A DNA stretch of 35,519 nucleotides from assembly GCA_964397885.1 (NCBI GenBank), contig CAYNKT010000002.1, positions 1 to 35,519 on the forward strand. The letters are read 5' to 3'. Both the position numbers and the translations under genes were made by a program. The notes under the pieces were generated by a model that saw only the letters and a program-made list of their open reading frames with translations, was not told the origin of the DNA and searched no databases. The stretch comes from an uncultured Pseudomonadales bacterium. GTDB lineage: Bacteria > Patescibacteriota > Microgenomatia > UBA1400 > UBA12108. The stretch's first letter is position 1; each line of letters begins with the position of its first letter. Positions 26,350-33,242 of the stretch are shown in pieces.

Positions 26350-27669
26350 CTAGATTCTAGTTAGGTATTTGGCAATCTCGGGATGGAGTTTGTAAACCAT
26401 ACCCGCTCCCATAGTAAGGATAACATCTCCGGGCAAGCTAGCGCTCACGACTTGCTCCGGCGCATTTTGCCAGGTAACTACCTTGACACTAGGATTGTAC
26501 TTGCCTGCTTCCTTGGCCAAGAGCTCGACGAGGGCGGTGTGAGGGGTATTTTTCTCCCTAGCAGACTCGAAAATAGGCATGATAAAGGTAAGGTCAGCGG
26601 ACGCAACTGCAGCGCCAAACTCGGCAAGTAGAGCCTCAGTGCGTGAATAGGTGTGAGACTCAAAAACGAGAATGATCCTCCGTCCGGGAAAGTGCTCCCT
26701 AAATGAGTTGATGGTGACTTTGATCTCAGATGGATGATGACCATAGTCGTCGTACAACAGTCTATCCGCAACTTGCCCAAAAAACTCCTGGCGACGACCA
26801 GCACCACGATATGCTTTTATGCCGGCGACGGCTTGCGACTTGCTCACGCCAGACTCAACGGCGGCTAACACGGCAGCTCTTGCGTCTAGTTGGTTTTGGA
26901 GTCCAAAGACAGCGAGGTCGAGCTGTGGCATGGTAGCCGTGTAATGTATCACTTTGATACCCTTCAAGGACAGGCCCTGCCTGTCCGGCAGGCAGGCTTG
27001 TAGGTCGAGGAGGCGGGCGGTGCCGGGGTCCTCGGGATTGCAGATCCAGGATCCGCCGGGACGAATACGCGAAACAAGCTCGGCAAAGGCTTTGTCTGTG
27101 GCTTGTTCGTCTCTGTAGATGTCGGGATGATCGTGCACGATGTTGGTGGTCACTAAAATATCAGGAGTGAGCAGGTTCATTTTGGCACGATTGTCGGATT
27201 TGCTCACTGCGTACTCATCTGCTTCGACGACAAAATAGGGATCACTCCCAGCATGACCGGGAGCTGCTAGACCTGCAATACTGCCAGTCCCAACATAGTA
27301 CCCTACATCCCTACCCACTTGGTGAAAAAGCGCAGCAAGCATGGCGGAAGTCGTGGTCTTGCCGCCGACTCCAGAAACAGCAATGAGTTTTTTACTTGCG
27401 ACAAATTCGGCTACTGCGACGGCAAGGGGGATGGCCCGGCAGCTAACTTGAGGCGCAGCGTAGGCGGTTGAGTAAATGACGAGGTTAGAGCTAGTGGGGA
27501 CGGGTACGTCAAGGGGAGAGATCTTGATCTGACGCTCATTAAGCACGGCGTCAGTAATAAACACTTCGCCTGTGTCGCTGCCCGCTACATCCCAACCGGA
27601 GTCTTGGTAACAGCACGCTAAAGCAGTCATGCCGACTCCCTTAATCCCAATAAAGTAGACTTTACTCAT
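26350..27669 (-). CDS. murC: UDP-N-acetylmuramate--L-alanine ligase
   Basis: I start the gene at MSKVYFIGIKGVGMTALA, which overlaps the upstream gene's stop by 8 nt. The P-loop is VSGVGGKTTTSAM, and DEYAVSK, NIVHDHPD and DDYGHHPSEI are present. Confidence 0.88.
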   Translation of the reverse strand: MSKVYFIGIKGVGMTALACCYQDSGWDVAGSDTGEVFITDAVLNERQIKISPLDVPVPTSSNLVIYSTAYAAPQVSCRAIPLAVAVAEFVASKKLIAVSGVGGKTTTSAMLAALFHQVGRDVGYYVGTGSIAGLAAPGHAGSDPYFVVEADEYAVSKSDNRAKMNLLTPDILVTTNIVHDHPDIYRDEQATDKAFAELVSRIRPGGSWICNPEDPGTARLLDLQACLPDRQGLSLKGIKVIHYTATMPQLDLAVFGLQNQLDARAAVLAAVESGVSKSQAVAGIKAYRGAGRRQEFFGQVADRLLYDDYGHHPSEIKVTINSFREHFPGRRIILVFESHTYSRTEALLAEFGAAVASADLTFIMPIFESAREKNTPHTALVELLAKEAGKYNPSVKVVTWQNAPEQVVSASLPGDVILTMGAGMVYKLHPEIAKYLTRI

Positions 27670-28408
27670 GACGTAACCTGGCCTGAGCTTTCGCAAAGTC
27701 GCTCCTACTGTTGACCCCATGCCAAATTGAGTCATCCTCTGCTAGCATTGCTTCGACTTTTAACCCTTGGCTAAGGGCGATCTCTACCATATCGGTCGCG
27801 TAAAACTCGCCGGTTAATGGGTTGCGCTTGACCAGCCCGATGTAGTTATCAAGAAAGTGGCGGTCAAAACAATAGAAGCCGGTGTTGATTTCTTGTACAA
27901 GCCTCTCTTGTTCTGAAGCATTTTTTTCTTCGACGATTTTTTGTACCTCACCGTTAGCGTTACGAATAATGCGACCTAGGCCGTGCGGATCTTCTTTGTG
28001 AAGCGTCAAAAAAATGAGAGGCACGTCCAAGGCTTGCCTCTTGTCGACCATTTCTTGGTAGAGACTAATAGGATAAAAGGCAGAATCGTCACCATAGACA
28101 GATAAAACCGAGGTAATGTCAGGACGCAGTAGAGGCAGGGCTGATTTGAGGGCGTCGCCTGTACCAAGCTGCTCTTTTTGGACGGCGTACTCGACCCCCG
28201 TGCCGATGGCTCTTTTAACTGATTCGGATTGAAACCCGACAACAACGATTATCTGGCCGATCCCAGCACTTTTGAGGTTGTCGACGGCGCGGGTGATCAT
28301 GGGTTTGCCACCCAAGTTAAAGGCTACTTTGTTTTTGTTTTTGGCTTTCATTCGAGTCCCACGCCCGGCTGCGAGAATAATGGCGGCGGCGTGACCTAAC
28401 TGATTCAT
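27662..28408 (-). CDS. Sugar-1-phosphate nucleotidyltransferase equivalent to the GlmU N-terminal (uridyltransferase) domain only
   Basis: The diagnostic motifs are IILAAGRGTRMKA, NLGGKPMI, QLGTGDAL, SVYGDD, VEEKNASEQE..QEINTG, GEFYATDMV and WHGVNSR. The protein stops at 248 aa with no left-handed beta-helix hexapeptide repeats. Confidence 0.7.
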   Translation of the reverse strand: MNQLGHAAAIILAAGRGTRMKAKNKNKVAFNLGGKPMITRAVDNLKSAGIGQIIVVVGFQSESVKRAIGTGVEYAVQKEQLGTGDALKSALPLLRPDITSVLSVYGDDSAFYPISLYQEMVDKRQALDVPLIFLTLHKEDPHGLGRIIRNANGEVQKIVEEKNASEQERLVQEINTGFYCFDRHFLDNYIGLVKRNPLTGEFYATDMVEIALSQGLKVEAMLAEDDSIWHGVNSRSDFAKAQARLRHE

Positions 28409-29691
28409 AATTTCCTTTCTAAGGCGTTTTTTAGAGCGAGTTGATCTGACCAGGGAGTCTCGTGGAACCCATCGAGATTCATGGATTCTTCGTGACCCTT
28501 ACCACATGCTATCACCCAATCCCCAGGCTTGGCAATGGTGTTGACGGCGAGATCGATCGCCTTGCCCCTATCTAGTTCGATAGTAACTCGAGTTTTTTTG
28601 TCTTTGGCGACTCCAGTAATAATCTCCCTCGCAATCTCCCCTGGATCCTCGCTACGGGGATCCTCGGAGGTAACTACAAGATGATCGGCAAGACTCGCGG
28701 CGTGCTTGCCCATTAGAGGACGTTTGGATGCGTCTCTCTGTCCGGCTGCGCCAAAGACCACGATCAGGTTCTCGCCTTGATGCATCTCTGCCCGTACCGC
28801 CGTCAGTACCTCGTAGAGAGCGTTGGGGGTATGGGCAAAGTCGACATAGGCGTGAATCCCACGCTTGTTCTCAATTTGCTCCAGCCTGCCCTTGACACCT
28901 GGGAAGCTAGCGAGCGCACGCTTAATGATTAGAGGAGGTACCCCCAGGATCAAGCAAGCAGAGATTGCACCGAGGGCGTTGTAGAGATTATATTTGCCGC
29001 TTAAAGGTAGCTCATAGTTAACGCTACCAAGACTAAATTTCGTTCGTCCTTTGAGGAATTTGACAGAAGTAGCCTTGAGCTGTGAGTCGGTTGCTAGCGA
29101 GTAAGTCGAAAACAAGACTCCAGGGAGCCTGGCGTTAACGCTACTAAACACCGGGAGATCTTTGCTAATGACTGCGTGCTTGGCGTGCCGGAAAAGCTTG
29201 AGTTTGGTGTCTCGATACTCCTCAAACGTTTTGTGATAGTCGAGGTGCTCGTGAGTAATGTTAGTTAGGACAGCGATCTTGGGACGGATCGGGTAAAGGC
29301 GGAACTGATCAAGCCCATGCGATGTCACCTCGAGCACGACGTAGCGGTATTTTTGCGATCTGATGCTACGCAAAAGCCGCTGGAGTTTCCAGGGATCGGG
29401 AGAGGTGACGTGAAAGCCGGTTTTGATGCTTTTTCGGCCGATTTTGGCCTCGACGGTACTGATGACAGCAACCCTTTTTTTGGCAGTCTTGAGAATATGA
29501 TAAATCATGAGGGAGGTGGTGGTTTTGCCGTCTGTGCCTGTCACACCAATTATCTCGAGATCACGCGCAGGATTGCCGTAAAAACGAGCGGCAAGGTAGG
29601 CGATCGGAAGATGGTAGAGGTAATTGACTATCCATTGCGGAAAAAGCGGACGGAGTAAGCGGCGGATCAGAACAATAAGTTTTTGCTGCAT
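28405..29691 (-). CDS. murE: MurE-type Mur ligase (UDP-MurNAc-L-Ala-D-Glu: diamino acid ligase) lacking the usual N-terminal domain
   Basis: The P-loop is GVTGTDGKTTT, with TNITHEHLDYH and DFAHTP. The C-terminal MurE signature is VVTSEDPRSEDP (compare DNPR). I chose the start at MQQKLIV (ATG at 29689-29691) because it lies 23 nt after the ftsI stop and is preceded by TGtTAGAAT. The longer ORF (to 29760) overlaps ftsI. Confidence 0.78.
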   Translation of the reverse strand: MQQKLIVLIRRLLRPLFPQWIVNYLYHLPIAYLAARFYGNPARDLEIIGVTGTDGKTTTSLMIYHILKTAKKRVAVISTVEAKIGRKSIKTGFHVTSPDPWKLQRLLRSIRSQKYRYVVLEVTSHGLDQFRLYPIRPKIAVLTNITHEHLDYHKTFEEYRDTKLKLFRHAKHAVISKDLPVFSSVNARLPGVLFSTYSLATDSQLKATSVKFLKGRTKFSLGSVNYELPLSGKYNLYNALGAISACLILGVPPLIIKRALASFPGVKGRLEQIENKRGIHAYVDFAHTPNALYEVLTAVRAEMHQGENLIVVFGAAGQRDASKRPLMGKHAASLADHLVVTSEDPRSEDPGEIAREIITGVAKDKKTRVTIELDRGKAIDLAVNTIAKPGDWVIACGKGHEESMNLDGFHETPWSDQLALKNALERKL

Positions 29692-29714
29692 AAACAAAAG
29701 TATTCTAACAGGTT

Positions 29715-31454
29715 CTAGGAGCCAGGTGGAATGTTGTAGTGGAGAAGGAGGGAGCGGCAAAGTGAGAACCAGAGAGGTGCGGCAGTCTCAGAGCCCCAGG
29801 GGGAGCTGGTTGGCTCCCTGAGCTTGACTAGCATGGCAAACTTGGGATTTTCCGCTGGAGCAAACCCGATGAAACTGGCAATGGTTTTTTCGGTATCGTA
29901 GTGGCCAGATACCGGGATTTGAGCGGTGCCTGTTTTGCCGGCAACCTTGTAGTCGGGAAGGCGTGCCCATTTGGCATCACCATGCTCGGCAGACGCGACC
30001 ATCATCGAGGTCAGCTCTGAGGCTGCGTCCTCACTGATAACTCGACCCAGGGATCGCGGCTCTAGGTCTACGGTTTTTTCGCCAATGACCTGTTTGACTA
30101 CACGGGGCTCCATCATGATGCCTCCATTCCCTATGGCGGCAACTGCCCGGAGCATCTCGATGGAGGTAACGGCGATACCTTGTCCAAATGAGGTAGTTGC
30201 GTAGTCTATCTCTCCCCATTTATCACGGAGTGCGGGTGCGATTTCTTCTTGTAGATCGATACCCGTTTTTTCACCGAAGCCAAACTTTCGTAGGTATTCG
30301 ACCATTTTTTCACCGCCGAGTTTGTTGGCTACCCAGACCATGCCGATGTTATCGGAGTTTTCGAGAATCTCGCTAGGCGTACTATCCGGATGATACTCTC
30401 CGTTCCAGGTTTTGATGAGATACTTGTCCAAGGGGAGAGGGCCGGTGCAGATGTCACAACGATCGCCTGGCTTGACTGCGCCTGAGTCGAGTGCTGCAGC
30501 CATGACCAAGACCTTGAAGGTACTGCCTGGCTCGTAGCTGTTACTAACGGCGGGGTTTTTGTAGAGACTAGTCTCAAAGTTGTAAAACTTGCCTGGGTCA
30601 TAGGAGGGGAGCGAGACCATTGCCAAGATGCCACCTGTTTGGGGATCCATAACCAAGACTTCGCCAGAAACGGCTCCGTAGCGCGTAAGACCCGCTTTGA
30701 GAGCTTGTTCGGCGAGATATTGAGCACCACGTTCGAGGTGCAGCTTGAGAGTGCGCCCGTCGCGGCTCATAAGCTCACGAAAGTCGCCGATAATAAGAGG
30801 ATTACCGGAGGCATCTTTTTCTTGTTCGCGGACACCTGTTTTGCCCGCCAGCTCGCGGTTGTAGTAACCCTCGAGACCAAAGTAGCCGGTCGGCTCGCCA
30901 AGATCATCTCTACCGACAAAGCCGGTTAAGTGGGCAGACATAGATGCCTCTGGATAACTACGTACAAAACTTTCCTCAAAATCTATTCCGGGGAGGGCTA
31001 GTTGATCGATCGCAAGTTTTTCGTCTAGGCTTATACTGCGGGCGAGGACTGCGTAGCTACGGTTACTCAATCGGTCCAGCATGCTTAGCTCTGCCTCAGC
31101 CCTTAGCTCTTGGAGCTTGAGCTCGCGCCTTGCTGGATCGGTCGCGATACTCGGCTCGTCGATGTCAAACTGGAGGAGTGGGAGAATTTGATCGATAATC
31201 TCTCTAGGAGAGGACTTAAGCGTGGGAGTGTAGGCGGTGACGTTGTACACGGGCTTGTTGACGACAAGCGGGAACCCATCGGAGGTCGTGATCTCGCCTC
31301 TCTCAGGAGTCAGCACTAGTTTTTCGACATACTGATCGCGTGCCTCGATCTTGAGCTCTCCGCCTTTAATTAGTTGCCAATAAGCGAGGCGAAGGATGAT
31401 GGCTCCAACGACTACCAGGAAACCGAGATAGAGCAGCTGGACACGAGATTGCAT
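29715..31454 (-). CDS. ftsI: Class B penicillin-binding protein (transpeptidase) FtsI
   Basis: An N-terminal TM anchor and PBP dimerisation domain are followed by SXXK (GSTFK), SXN (NSDN) and KTG (AGKTGTA). Confidence 0.9.
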   Translation of the reverse strand: MQSRVQLLYLGFLVVVGAIILRLAYWQLIKGGELKIEARDQYVEKLVLTPERGEITTSDGFPLVVNKPVYNVTAYTPTLKSSPREIIDQILPLLQFDIDEPSIATDPARRELKLQELRAEAELSMLDRLSNRSYAVLARSISLDEKLAIDQLALPGIDFEESFVRSYPEASMSAHLTGFVGRDDLGEPTGYFGLEGYYNRELAGKTGVREQEKDASGNPLIIGDFRELMSRDGRTLKLHLERGAQYLAEQALKAGLTRYGAVSGEVLVMDPQTGGILAMVSLPSYDPGKFYNFETSLYKNPAVSNSYEPGSTFKVLVMAAALDSGAVKPGDRCDICTGPLPLDKYLIKTWNGEYHPDSTPSEILENSDNIGMVWVANKLGGEKMVEYLRKFGFGEKTGIDLQEEIAPALRDKWGEIDYATTSFGQGIAVTSIEMLRAVAAIGNGGIMMEPRVVKQVIGEKTVDLEPRSLGRVISEDAASELTSMMVASAEHGDAKWARLPDYKVAGKTGTAQIPVSGHYDTEKTIASFIGFAPAENPKFAMLVKLREPTSSPWGSETAAPLWFSLCRSLLLHYNIPPGS

Positions 31455-31502
31455 ATGGTTAGGTTATAGCATATAGCATGTGACGGACGGGCTAATAGAG
31501 TC

Positions 31503-31772
31503 TTAGCGAGAGGCAACTTGCGTAGCGGGACTAAGAGTGACTATCTTGGGAGTTTCGACAAAGCCGTTCTCCGCAATTACTTCATGAAGATTTTTGATGG
31601 CACCAGCCTCGGCAATCCTGGATTTGAGGATGGTGTTGTCTCTTTCGAGCTGCCCTATCTCGACACTTAGGTCTGCGACTAGACTCGAGTCGTCGAGCGA
31701 GTGGTTGCTAAAGGTTACATTGAGGAGCCCTAGGACTACTATAAAGAAAGCGAGCAGTTTGGGTAGTTTCAT
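31503..31772 (-). CDS. ftsL: FtsL-like small bitopic division protein
   Basis: The 89-aa product has an N-terminal TM helix (LLAFFIVVLGLLNV) and a coiled-coil-like segment (EIGQLERDNTILKSRIAE). It occupies the conserved slot between rsmH and ftsI, with an ATGA overlap with rsmH. Confidence 0.6.
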   Translation of the reverse strand: MKLPKLLAFFIVVLGLLNVTFSNHSLDDSSLVADLSVEIGQLERDNTILKSRIAEAGAIKNLHEVIAENGFVETPKIVTLSPATQVASR

Positions 31773-32650
31773 TTAACCCTCCTCCCAGCGCGTAGTTTGG
31801 CTGAACGGGAGCGGGGATTGGCGCTAACTTCCCCTAGACCCGGACTAAGTGGCTTGAGGCCGATTATTTCGAGCTCACCACTTTCGGCTTTTTCTTTGAG
31901 AAATGACTTGACTATCCGATCTTCGCCGGAATGAAAACTGATGACGACGAGAGTACCACCCACGCGAAGTTGACTCAAAGCCGAGGGCAGAGCGGCTTTG
32001 AGTTCTTCACGTTCACTATTAACTGCCATTCTCAAGGCCTGAAAGACCTTGGTGGCGGGATGAATTTTGCCAGTTCTTGGGACAATGCCCTCGATAATTC
32101 TGGCGAGTGTTCTAGTTGTTGCGACTGGACTCACGCGGCGAGCGAGAACGAGCTCGTCGGCAATGCGTCGGGCGTATCTTTCTTCACCAAGTTCTTGGAA
32201 TAGCTCGTAAAGTTCTTTTCTCCCTAGTCCATTCACTAGATCGGCAGCGGTAACCTGTTGAGACGATGGATCCATGCGCATATCAAGCGGGGCCTCTTTT
32301 TGGAAAGAAAATCCACGGCTAGCCGTATCGAGCTGGTAACTGCTGACACCTAGATCAAAAAGAATGCCGTCGTACTCTCCGCTGAGCGTGGGAATGACAG
32401 ATGCGAAAGCGCCTTGTTTGGCGGTAAAGCTATCCGAGTAGCCTGCCTCGGCTACTCTTTCTTGACTTAGCTCAATGATCTCGTGGTCGTGGTCGATCCC
32501 GACCACCTCGGCGCCGCGCTCTAAGAGTGCCATGGTGTGGCCTGCAGCACCCAAAGTGGCATCGACAAACTTCTTGCCTGGCCCTGGAGCAAGTAGCGCC
32601 ACTACCTCACTAAGCAAGACGGGGGTGTGAATGTTAGTTTTTGGCAGCAT
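31769..32650 (-). CDS. rsmH: 16S rRNA (cytosine1402-N4)-methyltransferase
   Basis: HTPVLLSEV, FVDATLGAAGHT, DLGVSSYQLD and ISFHSGEDRIVK are present. Confidence 0.92.
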   Translation of the reverse strand: MLPKTNIHTPVLLSEVVALLAPGPGKKFVDATLGAAGHTMALLERGAEVVGIDHDHEIIELSQERVAEAGYSDSFTAKQGAFASVIPTLSGEYDGILFDLGVSSYQLDTASRGFSFQKEAPLDMRMDPSSQQVTAADLVNGLGRKELYELFQELGEERYARRIADELVLARRVSPVATTRTLARIIEGIVPRTGKIHPATKVFQALRMAVNSEREELKAALPSALSQLRVGGTLVVISFHSGEDRIVKSFLKEKAESGELEIIGLKPLSPGLGEVSANPRSRSAKLRAGRRVK

Positions 32651-32651
32651 A

Positions 32652-33083
32652 TTAGATTCCTAACTCCGTAAGTGCAGTCTCGATCTCACCTTCCTGGCCT
32701 TCGAGACTTTCGACGTATGTATGGTATTTTTGTTTGTCCCAAAGCTCGACACGAGTGAGAGCACCGGCAAAGACAACATCTTTGTCGATACCTGCTACTA
32801 GGCGGAGATTTTCGGGAATGAGGGTACGACCTACTTTGTCCATGTCGAGAGGAGCGGCGTTGTATGTCAGAAGACGTAAGAAACTACGCCCTGCTTTGTT
32901 TGTAAGCGGGAGGGTCGCAAGCTTATCAAGGAGGATGGACCAAGAGTCGGAGGTAAAGATAAAGAGACAGCCATCCAGTCCGTATGTCATGACAGAGCCA
33001 TGTTCTAGCTCAGGGCGGAATGCTCTAGGCACGGCAACACGATGCTTGTCATCAAGACTGTGATAATGTGCGCCTATAAACAT
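32652..33083 (-). CDS. mraZ: Transcriptional regulator MraZ
   Basis: The start MFIGAHYHSLDDKHRVAVPRAFR and a second SpoVT/AbrB-like repeat (DKVGRTLIPENLR) are present. It is the first gene of the dcw cluster. Confidence 0.9.
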   Translation of the reverse strand: MFIGAHYHSLDDKHRVAVPRAFRPELEHGSVMTYGLDGCLFIFTSDSWSILLDKLATLPLTNKAGRSFLRLLTYNAAPLDMDKVGRTLIPENLRLVAGIDKDVVFAGALTRVELWDKQKYHTYVESLEGQEGEIETALTELGI

Positions 33084-33095
33084 ATAAGTCTACTC

Positions 33096-33111
33096 CCCAC
33101 TTTTTCCCACT
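33096..33111 (-). promoter_or_regulatory. Candidate MraZ operator: two direct AGUGGG/AGTGGG repeats with 10-nt periodicity
   Basis: The minus strand reads CCAGTGGGAAAAAGTGGGGAG, which is GTGGG-N5-GTGGG. It lies 13-28 nt upstream of the mraZ ATG, immediately downstream of the predicted -10. Confidence 0.5.
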
Positions 33112-33117
33112 GGATTA

Positions 33118-33146
33118 AATTTAGATTAAAATGATCTAGTTGTCAA
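33118..33146 (-). promoter_or_regulatory. Candidate sigma70-type promoter of the dcw cluster (TTGACA-17 nt-TAAATT)
   Basis: The minus strand has a perfect -35 TTGACA (33141-33146), a 17-nt spacer and the -10 TAAATT (33118-33123). Confidence 0.5.
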
Positions 33147-33242
33147 TATGTTTGTACTAGGAAAATGCAGTTTGATATAAAAACCGAAGGCTACCCGAAA
33201 GTTAGATTATAGGTTATAGATTTTAGAATTTGGGAAATCGAT

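Noticed and set aside
33181-33204. Possible intrinsic terminator after the hypothetical gene (CUUUCGGGUAGCCUUCGGUUUUU)
   Set aside because: A U-tract is present, but the preceding sequence contains direct repeats (UUCGG) rather than inverted ones. I could not draw a stem longer than 3 bp.
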